Below, one piece after another: positions 15,712 through 24,506 of a stretch of DNA of 32,000 bases. The notes beneath the pieces were generated by a model. The model made no database searches, had not been told where the DNA came from, and saw only the letters and a program-made list of their open reading frames with translations. The stretch spans positions 1,500,001-1,532,000 of the forward strand of contig OY760660.1 in assembly GCA_963663995.1 (NCBI GenBank), given 5' to 3'. Numbering within the stretch: position 1 is the first letter of the stretch; each line of letters opens with the position of its first letter. Position numbers and translations under genes: made by a program. Source of the stretch: Erysipelotrichaceae bacterium. Lineage in GTDB: Bacteria > Bacillota_I > Bacilli_A > Erysipelotrichales > Erysipelotrichaceae.

Positions 15712-15728
15712 TTTTGTTAATGCATATG

Positions 15729-15740
15729 TAACAAATGTGA
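15729..15740. promoter_or_regulatory. 12-bp palindromic operator-like motif, site 1 (TAACAAATGTGA)
   Basis: One of four occurrences of T[A/C]ACA-AA-TGT[T/G]A in regulatory DNA in this window. It lies about 17 nt upstream of the minus-strand -35. Confidence 0.35.
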
Positions 15741-15790
15741 ATATTTGGTAATATTGTGAATAGATGAAAAGATTTATCAAGTTGTTTTTG

Positions 15791-15802
15791 TCACATTTGT
15801 GA
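15791..15802. promoter_or_regulatory. 12-bp palindromic operator-like motif, site 2 (TCACATTTGTGA; reverse complement TCACAAATGTGA)
   Basis: Perfect 5-bp arms TCACA/TGTGA. It lies 28 nt upstream of the gutM -35, in the divergent intergenic region. Confidence 0.35.
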
Positions 15803-15830
15803 AAAAAGAGTCACTTTTGGCACAATTGAA

Positions 15831-15859
15831 TTGACATTGATATAGCGCTTACATAAAAT
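15831..15859 (+). promoter_or_regulatory. Sigma-A promoter for gutM-srlA-srlE
   Basis: TTGACA (15831-15836), 17-nt spacer, TAAAAT (15854-15859). Confidence 0.55.
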
Positions 15860-15876
15860 CGAGTTAGCTAAGGCAA

Positions 15877-15890
15877 GGAAAACGCTTTCA
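15877..15890. promoter_or_regulatory. cre-like (CcpA) site in the gutM leader
   Basis: GGAAAACGCTTTCA matches TGWAANCGNTNWCA except at the first base. It lies downstream of the predicted transcription start. Confidence 0.35.
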
Positions 15891-15927
15891 CTTGCTTTGC
15901 TCTTTACAGAAAGGAAGGGTGTGTAAT

Positions 15928-16332
15928 TTGGATTATACAAAACTGATAATTGCATTTGCGGCTGTATGGTTTGTTCAAGGCTACTTAGCGATCGTCCAAA
16001 ATCGGTCCATGACGAAGACGCTAACGACTTTACAAAGAAAACATACATCAGGGCATCTTGGTGTGGGAATCAAGAAAGCTAAATGGAATGTTGGGAAAGG
16101 GTTTTACATAATCTTGGTTACAGATGAAGTTGGTGTTCTCAAAGATGTTCAACTCTTATCAGGCTTTCTCGTTACAGCTCGATTTAAACCATATGAAAAA
16201 CTTGTGGGATTAAGTGTATCAGAAGCTCGTGCAGCCATTAAGCAGAAAAATTTGCTTGCCGCATTCGATGAAGCTGTGAGTCGCATTAATGTTGAACGTA
16301 AACATCATGAGCTCGAACCTTTCAAAATTTAA
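15928..16332 (+). CDS. gutM: Glucitol operon activator GutM
   Basis: N-terminal TM helix (LIIAFAAVWFVQGYLAIVQ), then GHLGVGIKK... and LSGFLVTARFKP, matching the GutM pattern. The TTG at 15928 is preferred as the start, 9 nt after GAAAGGAAGG. The upstream part of the ORF overlaps the RBS, and the exact start is uncertain. Confidence 0.7.
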   Translation: MDYTKLIIAFAAVWFVQGYLAIVQNRSMTKTLTTLQRKHTSGHLGVGIKKAKWNVGKGFYIILVTDEVGVLKDVQLLSGFLVTARFKPYEKLVGLSVSEARAAIKQKNLLAAFDEAVSRINVERKHHELEPFKI

Positions 16333-16352
16333 ATTCTCAAAAGGAGGAAGTT

Positions 16353-16865
16353 ATGGATTTTCTAGTATCTCTAGCCGAAGGTTTCATTGGAATCTTCAAT
16401 CAAGGTGGTAGTGTATTAATGAGTTTAATCACTGGTATTCTACCAACATTAATTGTATTGCTTACTTTCGTTAATGCGATCATCGCATTAGTTGGGGAAG
16501 AAAAAGTTGAAAACTTTGCCAAAATGACAACTAAGAACATATTCTTACGTTACACATTATTCCCTGTATTGGCTGTCTTCTTCATGACAAACCCAATGTG
16601 TTATACATTTGGACGTTTCGTTGAAGAAAAACAAAAACCAGCGTTCTATGACGCAGCGGTATCATTTGTTCACCCAATCTTAGGTTTATTCCCACATGCA
16701 AATGCTGGTGAATTATTCGTTTGGACCGGTATTTCTGTTGGTATTACACAATTAGGTTTAAGTGTTGCTCCTTTAGCATTACGTTATTTCTTTGCTGGGG
16801 TTATCGTTATCTTAATCCGTGGTCTTGTTACTGAAACTCTCACAAAAATGATGTGGAAGGATTAG
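16353..16865 (+). CDS. srlA: PTS glucitol/sorbitol EIIC component (SrlA)
   Basis: 170-aa membrane protein. The N-terminus MDFLVSLAEGFIGIFNQGGS and NPMCYTFGRFVEEKQKPAFYDAAVSFVHP are typical of SrlA. A strong RBS AAAGGAGGAA is present. Confidence 0.9.
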   Translation: MDFLVSLAEGFIGIFNQGGSVLMSLITGILPTLIVLLTFVNAIIALVGEEKVENFAKMTTKNIFLRYTLFPVLAVFFMTNPMCYTFGRFVEEKQKPAFYDAAVSFVHPILGLFPHANAGELFVWTGISVGITQLGLSVAPLALRYFFAGVIVILIRGLVTETLTKMMWKD

Positions 16866-16869
16866 TCAT

Positions 16870-17910
16870 ATGGCTGACAGAGTCGTTAAAGTTGTTGCTG
16901 GTGGTAAAGGCTGGGGCGGTCCGCTTTATTTAAAAGCAGAAGGCAAACGTAGTGTTGTTGCTTCCGTTACCGGTGGTGGTATCCATCCAGTTGCTGCTAA
17001 AATCTCTGAACTTCTAGGTGTTGAAGCTGTTGACGGTTTCAATTCTAAAGTTGAACCAGATGAAATGATTGTCGCAGTTGTTGACTGTGGTGGTACAGCT
17101 CGTTGTGGTGTTTATCCAAAACTTGGTGTATTAACAGTTGATCTACATGCAATCACACCTTCTGGACCGCTTATGAAGTTCATGAAAGAAGATAACTTTG
17201 TATCTGGTGTCACAGTTGAACAAATTAGTATGTCAGAAGGAACACCTGCACCTAAAGCAGAAGCTCCTAAAGCAGAACCAAAGAAAACATCAACTGCTGA
17301 AGCTAAAGAAATAAAAGATGAAGCTAAAAAAGTCGTTGCTGAAAGAAAAGCAGAGGAGAAAAATATGGGAAATACAAGTGGTGTCCAAGCTGTAATCAGT
17401 AATCTTGGACGTGCTGTTGGTAAGGTCATTGGTGCATTCTACCAAGCTGGCCGTGAATCTATTGATATTACAATTAAAAATGTATTGCCATTTATGGCAT
17501 TTATCTCAATGATGATTGGGTTAATTCTATACACAGGTATTGGTGATGTTATTGCTAAAGCTGTTGTTCCACTCGCGTCAAGTTTAGTGGGAATGATCGT
17601 CTTATCATTTATTGCTGCAATTCCATTCCTAAGTCCAGTTTTGGGCCCAGGTGCGGTTATTGCGCAAGTTGTTGGTGTTCTAGTTGGTGTTGAAATTGGT
17701 TTAGGCCACATTGCTCCATCAATGGCACTACCTGCACTATTCGCTATTAATGCACAAGTTGGTTGTGACTTCGTTCCTGTTGGTTTAACATTGGGTGAAG
17801 CAGAACCTAAAACGGTTGAAATTGGTGTTCCAGCTGTCTTGTTCTCAAGATTAATTACTGGTCCAGTATCAGTGCTAGTAGCATACCTATTAAGTTTCGG
17901 TCTATATTAA
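16870..17910 (+). CDS. srlE: PTS glucitol/sorbitol EIIBC component (SrlE)
   Basis: N-terminal EIIB domain with VVDCGGTARCGVYPK (phospho-Cys region), an Ala/Lys/Glu-rich linker, and a C-terminal membrane domain. Confidence 0.9.
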   Translation: MADRVVKVVAGGKGWGGPLYLKAEGKRSVVASVTGGGIHPVAAKISELLGVEAVDGFNSKVEPDEMIVAVVDCGGTARCGVYPKLGVLTVDLHAITPSGPLMKFMKEDNFVSGVTVEQISMSEGTPAPKAEAPKAEPKKTSTAEAKEIKDEAKKVVAERKAEEKNMGNTSGVQAVISNLGRAVGKVIGAFYQAGRESIDITIKNVLPFMAFISMMIGLILYTGIGDVIAKAVVPLASSLVGMIVLSFIAAIPFLSPVLGPGAVIAQVVGVLVGVEIGLGHIAPSMALPALFAINAQVGCDFVPVGLTLGEAEPKTVEIGVPAVLFSRLITGPVSVLVAYLLSFGLY

Positions 17911-17931
17911 TAGATAGGAAAATAGTGATTT

Positions 17932-17960
17932 AAGAAGCAAGTTCTCTTGCTTCTTTTTTT
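17932..17960 (+). terminator. Rho-independent terminator after srlE
   Basis: Stem AAGAAGCAAG, loop TTCT, stem CTTGCTTCTT, followed by a T-run. Confidence 0.75.
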
Positions 17961-17975
17961 GTTATCATTAAAGAA

Positions 17976-18662
17976 ATGAATATTATTTATAAGGATAGTG
18001 GAGTGTTAGAAAAATACTCCATTCAAAATGATCTTGAATTATCTGCTGATTTGAAACCCAATACAGTTTTAATTCATTTTTGGCAAGTTAATGCAGTTTT
18101 ATTAGGTAAGTTGGATACAGTATTACCTCAATATCAAAGTGGAGTGGACTATCTAATTAAACAAGATTACCGAGTTGATGTTAGAAAACAAGGTGGATTA
18201 GCTATTGTTTCAGACAAAGATAATTTAAATATTAGTTTTATTTTTAAAACAAGTGATTTTCATGATTTGCATAAACCCTATCAATGTGTAGCAAATGCGA
18301 TAGCTAGTGCACTTAAAGAATTAGATTTACATGTAGATATTAAAAGTATTGATGACTCTTATTGTCCTGGTGATTATGACTTGAGTGTTAATGGATTGAA
18401 ATTTGCTGGCATAGCTCAATATCGAAACAAAGAAGTTATTGTCGTCAGTGTAAGTTTATTTGTGAGTGGCGATCAAGCTAAAAGATCTGAAACGATTAAG
18501 AATTTTTATTTGGCTGCACATGCTGATAAAAGCAGCAAACAACAATACCCTTTAATAGATATCAATAGTATGACAACATTATCTGATTTACTCGGAAAAG
18601 AAGTCAGTATTAATGTGGTAAAAGAATCACTTAGTAACGCTTTCTATAACATATGTGAATAA
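17976..18662 (+). CDS. lipL: LipL-like lipoyl/octanoyl amidotransferase (biotin/lipoate A/B ligase family)
   Basis: YRVDVRKQGGLAIVSDKDNLNISFIF, SYCPGDYDLSVNGLKFAGIAQYR, SLFVSGDQAKRSETIKNFY and YPLIDINSMTTLSDLLGKE closely parallel the B. subtilis LipL blocks as I recall them (GYRVIVRNSGGLAVV, SYCPGSYDLSI.GRKFAGISQRR). Confidence 0.65.
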   Translation: MNIIYKDSGVLEKYSIQNDLELSADLKPNTVLIHFWQVNAVLLGKLDTVLPQYQSGVDYLIKQDYRVDVRKQGGLAIVSDKDNLNISFIFKTSDFHDLHKPYQCVANAIASALKELDLHVDIKSIDDSYCPGDYDLSVNGLKFAGIAQYRNKEVIVVSVSLFVSGDQAKRSETIKNFYLAAHADKSSKQQYPLIDINSMTTLSDLLGKEVSINVVKESLSNAFYNICE

Positions 18663-18771
18663 TATAATAACAATGTACACAGCATAATATAACAATTGTC
18701 AAATTAGTTTTTGTTAATTGACATGGCAATTTCACAACCCTAAACTAATAATAGAATATGTTACGTATTAG

Positions 18772-18783
18772 TAACAAATGTTA
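18772..18783. promoter_or_regulatory. 12-bp palindromic operator-like motif, site 3 (TAACAAATGTTA), with an extra upstream half-site
   Basis: Perfect palindrome TAACA-AA-TGTTA ending 3 nt before the RBS of the SorC-family regulator gene. Together with TGTTAC at 18759-18764 it forms TGTTAC-N6-GTAACA. Confidence 0.35.
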
Positions 18784-18795
18784 AGCGGAGGATAT

Positions 18796-19740
18796 ATGGG
18801 AGAAAAAAACAATGATCGTTTACTCATAGATATTGCGAAAATGTATTATGACGAAGCGGCAACCCAAGAAGATATTGCTCAACGTTTCAATATTTCAAGA
18901 TCTTTAGTTTCTAAGCATCTTTCATTAGCTCGAGAAAAAGGATTAGTTGAAATTGTTGTTCACGATGAAAGTATTCAACCTTTTAAAGTCATCGAAGATC
19001 GTATTCAAAAGAAATATGACTTAGAAGATGTCGTTTGTGTTTCAAGTGCTGATACATCTCAAATTAAATTTAGAGTTGGACTAGCGGCAGCTAAATATTT
19101 ATCTAAAATTGTTACACCAGATATGTTTATTGGTTGTTCTGCTGGAACAACGGTTCACGAAGTGGCTGAAGCAATGAATCTAAATCTAAATATGAGTAAT
19201 CTTACTTTTGTACCTATGGTAGGTGGATTAGGAATGGCTCATACAGATATTCAAGCCAATGTTATCTGTGATATCTTTGCGAGAAAGACAGGAGGTAATG
19301 CGATTCAATTACATGCCCCTCTGGTTGTTGATGATGAGAACTCAAGAGAAGTTTTTGTTAGACAAAGATTTATTAAAGAGATCTTAGATTTAGCCCGTCA
19401 TGTCGATGTTGCAGTGGTTGGAGTTGGTGGTCAACCAGCTTACTATGAAATGACGAAAGCATATTTACATAAAATTGAACCACTTGATCCTAAAGAAGCA
19501 GAATATGTCACAGGAGATATCTTGTACAACTTCTTTGATCAAGATGGAAAAGCTGCAAATTCAGCTTGGAATAAACGTGTTATTAACTTAAGTATTGATG
19601 ACTTAATGATGATTCCTAAAGTCATTGGAGTTGCTTATGGACCAACGAAAATCGATGCCATACATGCAGCACTTAGTGGTGAGTTAATCAACGTTTTAAT
19701 TACTGACGTTAACACAGCTAAACAGCTGTTGGATAAGTAG
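18796..19740 (+). CDS. SorC/DeoR(Bsu)-family sugar-binding transcriptional regulator
   Basis: N-terminal HTH (LLIDIAKMYYDEAATQEDIAQRFNISRSLVSKHLSLAREKGLVEI) and a C-terminal SorC sugar-phosphate-binding domain (GVGGQPA...GDILYNFFDQDG...VIGVAYGPTKIDAIHAALSG). The start is the ATG at 18796, after GGAGGA. Confidence 0.8.
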   Translation: MGEKNNDRLLIDIAKMYYDEAATQEDIAQRFNISRSLVSKHLSLAREKGLVEIVVHDESIQPFKVIEDRIQKKYDLEDVVCVSSADTSQIKFRVGLAAAKYLSKIVTPDMFIGCSAGTTVHEVAEAMNLNLNMSNLTFVPMVGGLGMAHTDIQANVICDIFARKTGGNAIQLHAPLVVDDENSREVFVRQRFIKEILDLARHVDVAVVGVGGQPAYYEMTKAYLHKIEPLDPKEAEYVTGDILYNFFDQDGKAANSAWNKRVINLSIDDLMMIPKVIGVAYGPTKIDAIHAALSGELINVLITDVNTAKQLLDK

Positions 19741-19751
19741 AAAGGGTATAT

Positions 19752-21140
19752 ATGAGTTCATTAGACACAGTTATTATTGGATCAGGTCCTGGAGGTTATG
19801 TTGCAGCAATTCGTGCTAGCCAATTAGGACAAAAAGTGACTTTAATTGAGAAAGCAGACATTGGAGGAACATGCCTAAATGTAGGTTGTGTCCCATCGAA
19901 AGCACTCCTAAATATTGGTCATCATCTACATGGCTTAAAAGAATTAAGTACATTTGGGATTGATGTGAGTGATTCAAATTTTGATTTTGTAAAAGCACAA
20001 AAATTCAAAGATCAAAGAGTTGTTAAGAAGTTAAGAATGGGCATTACCGCTTTACTTCAAAAAAATAAAGTAGAAGTGATTGTTGGGACGGCTGATTTTA
20101 CCTCTGCCAACTCCATTGAGGTTACAAGTGATGGAAAGAAAACTTCACATAGTTTTAAGAATGCGATTATTGCGGTTGGGGGAAGACCAGTTGAATTAAA
20201 GTTCTTACCCAAGGATGAAAGAATCTTAGATTCTAGTTCAGCTTTAAACTTAAAAGAACTACCAAAAACGATGATTGTTATCGGAGCTGGATATATTGGC
20301 TCTGAACTTTCGGAAGCCTTCGCTATGTTAGGCACTAAAGTAACCCTAATTGAAGGAACTCCTAATATTCTTCCTGGATTCTCAACAGATTTATCAAGTC
20401 TTGTTGGAAAGAATTTTAAGAAACTTGGAATTGATGTGATTACCGATGCGATGGTTGAATCCGCTGAAGTAAAAGATAATCAAATTCATTTCAAATACAA
20501 ACATAATAATGAAATTAAATCAGTCACTGCGGATTATGCTTTAGTATCTGTTGGTAGACGTCCTAATACAGATTTGCTTTCTTTAGATAAAGCAAAAGTA
20601 GAATTAAAAGATAGAGGTTTAATAAAAGTTGATGCACAAAGCAGAACAACTAATCCTCATATTTATGCAATTGGTGATGTCGTTGAAGGTTTAGCTTTAG
20701 CACATAAAGCTTCTTATGAAGCAAAAATCGTTGCAGAAGTTATATCTGGATCAAAAAACATTGTTGATTATAAATGCATACCTGCTGTTTGTTATACAAC
20801 CCCTGAAATTTCAAGTGTTGGTTTGAGTTTGGAAGATGCTAAAGCTAAAGGCTTAAAAGCTAAGTCATCAGACTTCCCATTTCAAGCAAACTCACGATCA
20901 ATTGCGAGTGGAAATACAGAAGGTTATGTTCGTTTAATTTTTGAAGAAAAAACCGAACTATTACTAGGAGCACAAGTGGTTGGTGGACAAGCAAGTGAAA
21001 TGATTACCAACTGTGCTTTAGCCATTGAAAACAGTTTAACGCTAGAAGATATTGCCTTAACAATCTTCCCACATCCATCTTTTGCGGAAGCAATTATGGA
21101 TAATGCAGAAGTTGGTTTAGGCTATCCAATACATATGTAA
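19752..21140 (+). CDS. lpd: Dihydrolipoyl dehydrogenase (E3)
   Basis: FAD-binding motif GSGPGGYVAAIRA, redox-active disulfide GGTCLNVGCVPSKALL, and the C-terminal HPSFAE interface motif. Confidence 0.9.
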   Translation: MSSLDTVIIGSGPGGYVAAIRASQLGQKVTLIEKADIGGTCLNVGCVPSKALLNIGHHLHGLKELSTFGIDVSDSNFDFVKAQKFKDQRVVKKLRMGITALLQKNKVEVIVGTADFTSANSIEVTSDGKKTSHSFKNAIIAVGGRPVELKFLPKDERILDSSSALNLKELPKTMIVIGAGYIGSELSEAFAMLGTKVTLIEGTPNILPGFSTDLSSLVGKNFKKLGIDVITDAMVESAEVKDNQIHFKYKHNNEIKSVTADYALVSVGRRPNTDLLSLDKAKVELKDRGLIKVDAQSRTTNPHIYAIGDVVEGLALAHKASYEAKIVAEVISGSKNIVDYKCIPAVCYTTPEISSVGLSLEDAKAKGLKAKSSDFPFQANSRSIASGNTEGYVRLIFEEKTELLLGAQVVGGQASEMITNCALAIENSLTLEDIALTIFPHPSFAEAIMDNAEVGLGYPIHM

Positions 21141-21153
21141 GAAAGGAAAGATT

Positions 21154-22143
21154 ATGAGTACATCTTTAAAAAACAAAGCAAATTTAAATGACGAACAACT
21201 AAAAGAAGCGTATCGCAAAATGTGGTTAGTTCGCTACTTTGAAGAAAAAGTAGATTTCTTTTTCGCTCAAGGTAAAATCCATGGGACAACTCACCTGTGT
21301 GTAGGAGAGGAAGCAAGTTCAGTAGGTTCAGGCGCGGTACTACGTATAAGTGACTGGATTACCGCAACTCATCGCGGTCACGGACAAACAATTGCCAAGG
21401 GAACTAAAGTTAATGTCATGATGGCAGAACTCTTTGGGAAAACATCTGGAACCAATAATGGTAAAGGTGGATCGATGCATATTGCAGAACTTGAAACTGG
21501 TAACTTAGGTGCAAATGGAGTTGTCGGTGGTGGTTATGCGATTGCGGCAGGGGCTGCTTTATCTGAACAAATGAAGGGTACAGATAATGTTGCTTTATGT
21601 TATGCCGGTGATGGGTCAACCAATGAAGGTTCATTCCACGAAGCTCTAAACATGGCTTCAATTTGGAAACTTCCTGTCGTCTATTTTATTGAAAATAATA
21701 TGTATGGTATGTCAGGTCCGATTAAAGATATGGCCAATATTGAAAATTTATCAGAACGAGCAAAATCCTATGGAATACCAGGGATTACCATTGATGGAAA
21801 CAATCTGATGGAAGTTATTAATACAACCTTTGAAGCAGTTGAAAGAGCGCGCAAAGGTGAGGGGCCTACTTTAATTGAGGCGAAAACATATCGTTGGAAG
21901 GGTCATTCAAAATCGGATGCGAAAAAATATCGTACTCGTGAAGAAGAAGCTTACTGGCGTGAAGAAAAAGATCCTATCGCAAAGGCTAAAGCTGATTTTA
22001 TAAAAGCAGGGGTCTTTACGGAAGAAGAAGCAGAAACAATTAGACAAAGTGCATTTGATGAAGTTGAAGCAGCTGTAGAATTTGCAGAAGCAGGTGAAAC
22101 AGTTGGTCTAGATCAACTTTACACAAATGTATTGGCAGATTAG
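21154..22143 (+). CDS. TPP-dependent 2-oxoacid/acetoin dehydrogenase E1 alpha subunit (AcoA-like)
   Basis: THRGHGQTIAKG, GKGGSMHIA, and the TPP motif GDGSTNEGSFHEALNMASIWKLPVVYFIENN. It resembles acetoin dehydrogenase E1 alpha more closely than PdhA, by eye. Confidence 0.85.
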   Translation: MSTSLKNKANLNDEQLKEAYRKMWLVRYFEEKVDFFFAQGKIHGTTHLCVGEEASSVGSGAVLRISDWITATHRGHGQTIAKGTKVNVMMAELFGKTSGTNNGKGGSMHIAELETGNLGANGVVGGGYAIAAGAALSEQMKGTDNVALCYAGDGSTNEGSFHEALNMASIWKLPVVYFIENNMYGMSGPIKDMANIENLSERAKSYGIPGITIDGNNLMEVINTTFEAVERARKGEGPTLIEAKTYRWKGHSKSDAKKYRTREEEAYWREEKDPIAKAKADFIKAGVFTEEEAETIRQSAFDEVEAAVEFAEAGETVGLDQLYTNVLAD

Positions 22144-22155
22144 AAGGAGACAAGT

Positions 22156-23139
22156 ATGAGAGAAATTACATATTCAGAAGCCGTACGTGAAGCACTTAGC
22201 GAAGCGATGCGTGAAGATGAAACCGTCTTTTTAATGGGTGAAGATATCGGTGTTTATGGTGGTGCATTTGGGGTAACTCGAGGCATGATTGAAGAATTTG
22301 GTCCAAAACGATTAAGAATCACACCTATTTCAGAAGCAGCGATTTCAGGGGCAGCGATTGGCGCTGCAATGACTGGTATGCGTCCAATCTTCGAACTTCA
22401 ATTCTCAGATTTTATTACGATTGCGATGGACAATATTGTTAATCAAGCAGCTAAAATCCACTATATGTATGGTGGTAAGGCAAAAATTCCACTCGTTATG
22501 CGTACACCTGGTGGCTCAGGTACAGGTGCAGCTGCACAACATAGTCAAAGTCTAGAAAACTGGACAGCGCATATCCCTGGTTTGATTGTTATTCAACCAT
22601 CAACTGCATATGATGCGAAAGGTTTACTTCACTCAGCTATTAAAAATAATAATCCTGTTATGTTTTACGAACATAAACTATGTTATAGAACAAAAATGGA
22701 TGTACCTGAAGGTAAATATGAAATCCCTATTGGGGTTGCTGATATTAAAAAAGAAGGCTCAGATATTACGGTAGTTGCGACAGGAATTATGGTTCATAAA
22801 GCGCTTGAAGCAGCTGAAATCCTAGCTCAAGATGGGATTAGTATTGAAGTTGTTGATCCACGTACAATCGTTCCATTAGATAAAGAAACAATTGTAAATT
22901 CAGTTAAGAAAACACATCGTGCTGTCGTGGTAACAGAAGCTGTAAAACGTTCTGGTTTCTCAGCAGAACTCGCTTCTGTTATTGCTGAAGAAGATTCATT
23001 TGATTATTTAGATTATCCATTGGTTCGATTAGCAGGACAAGAAGTGCCTATTCCTTATCAACCTACAATGGAAAAAGCAGCAGTTCCACAAGTCAATGAT
23101 ATTGTCGAAGCCTGCAAGAAAATTATGGAGAGTGTATAA
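22156..23139 (+). CDS. 2-oxoacid/acetoin dehydrogenase E1 beta subunit
   Basis: The transketolase-like pyrimidine-binding and C-terminal domains are present: FLMGEDIGVYGGAFGVTRG, TPISEAAISGAAIGAAMTGMRP, VVDPRTIVPLD. Confidence 0.9.
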   Translation: MREITYSEAVREALSEAMREDETVFLMGEDIGVYGGAFGVTRGMIEEFGPKRLRITPISEAAISGAAIGAAMTGMRPIFELQFSDFITIAMDNIVNQAAKIHYMYGGKAKIPLVMRTPGGSGTGAAAQHSQSLENWTAHIPGLIVIQPSTAYDAKGLLHSAIKNNNPVMFYEHKLCYRTKMDVPEGKYEIPIGVADIKKEGSDITVVATGIMVHKALEAAEILAQDGISIEVVDPRTIVPLDKETIVNSVKKTHRAVVVTEAVKRSGFSAELASVIAEEDSFDYLDYPLVRLAGQEVPIPYQPTMEKAAVPQVNDIVEACKKIMESV

Positions 23140-23141
23140 CG

Positions 23142-24353
23142 ATGGCAACAGAAGTATTAATGCCTAAACTTAGCTCTACCATGGATGAAGGTAGCGTTAC
23201 AGAATGGCTTAAAAATGTTGGAGATACTGTCAAAGTGGGAGAACCTATCTTTGAAGTTATGACGGATAAAATTGCAATTGAAGTCGAAGCCTATGAAGCA
23301 GGTGTCTTACTTGGCCGTTATGTTGAAGTGGGTGAAAAAGTCCCTGTAAACACGGTTATCGCTCATATTGGTGATGCTGGTGAAAAAGTTGAAGCACCAA
23401 CAAAATCAAGCACATCGAAAGCTGTTGAAACAATTAATGAAGAGGTAGTGGAAATCGCTGCTTCTGCACCTATTGCAAAACCTACCGGAGATGTACGAGC
23501 AACCCCAGCTGCTCGTAAACTTGCAAGAGAGAATAATGTAGATATCTCGCAAGTCTATGCGAATTTAACCGATAGTCCTCGTGTTCATTTAAAACATGTA
23601 CAAGAAGCTATCAATAATCCTAAATCACAAAGTACTACAGTAGTACCAACCATTACACAAAGTGAAGTTCTTGTGCCTTGGAAAGGTGTTCGTAAGATGG
23701 TGGCTGATCAAATGGTTAAATCCAAGGCGACTGCTCCGCATGTAACACTTAATGCTGAAGTAGATACAATGAACTTAGTAGACTTACGTAAAACTTTATT
23801 AGCAAATGCAAAAGAGACAGATACTCGTATAAGCTTTACCCATCTTATTGCTTATTACACAGCTAAAGTATTAACAAAACATACAAACGTTAATGCCAGA
23901 GCACTAGAGGATGGTATTCATCAATATGCGCACGTTAATTTAGGGATAGCGACAGCGATGGATGATGGTTTAATTGTCCCGGTTATCCAAAATGCGGATA
24001 CATTAAGTATTAGAAGTCTTGCAGATATTGCAAAAGATTTAAGCAAGCGTGCCCGTACGAATGCACTTGTAAGTGCTGAATTAAATGGCGGTACTTTCAC
24101 TATTACGTCTCTAGGGACAACAGAAGTTCTAAACTTCAATCCTGTTATCAATGTTCCAGAGATTGCGATTTTGGGTGTTGGGAAAACCTATACTAAACTG
24201 GCGTTCAATGAACAAAAAGAAGTTGTAGAGCGAACATATCTTCAACTCAGTTTATCCTTCGATCATAGAGCGATTGATGGATATCCAGCTGCATTATTCC
24301 TTAGTGATTTAGTGAAGTTGTTAGAGAATCCTGAACTCGTCGTTTTATATTAA
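23142..24353 (+). CDS. Dihydrolipoamide acyltransferase (E2), with a single lipoyl domain
   Basis: Lipoyl-Lys motif EVMTDKIAIEVEA, subunit-binding domain RATPAARKLAREN, catalytic motif SFDHRAIDG. Confidence 0.9.
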   Translation: MATEVLMPKLSSTMDEGSVTEWLKNVGDTVKVGEPIFEVMTDKIAIEVEAYEAGVLLGRYVEVGEKVPVNTVIAHIGDAGEKVEAPTKSSTSKAVETINEEVVEIAASAPIAKPTGDVRATPAARKLARENNVDISQVYANLTDSPRVHLKHVQEAINNPKSQSTTVVPTITQSEVLVPWKGVRKMVADQMVKSKATAPHVTLNAEVDTMNLVDLRKTLLANAKETDTRISFTHLIAYYTAKVLTKHTNVNARALEDGIHQYAHVNLGIATAMDDGLIVPVIQNADTLSIRSLADIAKDLSKRARTNALVSAELNGGTFTITSLGTTEVLNFNPVINVPEIAILGVGKTYTKLAFNEQKEVVERTYLQLSLSFDHRAIDGYPAALFLSDLVKLLENPELVVLY

Positions 24354-24366
24354 ATTATTTATTAGA

Positions 24367-24437
24367 AAGCTGTAACAAAAATTGGGGACATCAAACATTA
24401 AGTGTTGATAAAACAAAATTGTTACAGCTTATTTTTA
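24367..24437 (+). terminator. Probable terminator after the E2 gene (long-range stem with a large loop)
   Basis: AAGCTGTAACAA (24367-24378) pairs with TTGTTACAGCTT (24419-24430) and is followed by a T-rich run. The loop is unusually long (~40 nt). Confidence 0.45.
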
Positions 24438-24506
24438 TATTGATAATAATTTGGATTTGAAACATTTTTTGTATACTTTGTTTAACCCTTAATCGATGGA
24501 GAGAAT

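Noticed and set aside
15640-15780. 47-codon N-terminal extension of oxidoreductase copy 1 proposed by the ORF track
   Set aside because: The extension covers a near-consensus promoter (TTGACA-17-TATGAT), a cre-like box and an operator-like palindrome. The paralogue starts at the equivalent of the ATG at 15639, which also has a good RBS.
15791-16048. 85-aa minus-strand ORF spanning the sorbitol intergenic region and the start of gutM
   Set aside because: It overlaps the gutM promoter and coding sequence, and has no RBS and no recognisable similarity.
17112-17711. Two minus-strand ORFs inside srlE
   Set aside because: They lie antisense to a strongly supported PTS EIIBC gene. The Pro/Thr/Ala-rich translation is typical of the reverse frame of a membrane protein gene.
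22120-22132. Fifth occurrence of the operator-like motif (TACACAAATGTAT) near the 3' end of the E1 alpha gene
   Set aside because: It shares only the central CACAAATGT, is not palindromic, and lies in coding sequence. It is probably a chance match in AT-rich DNA.
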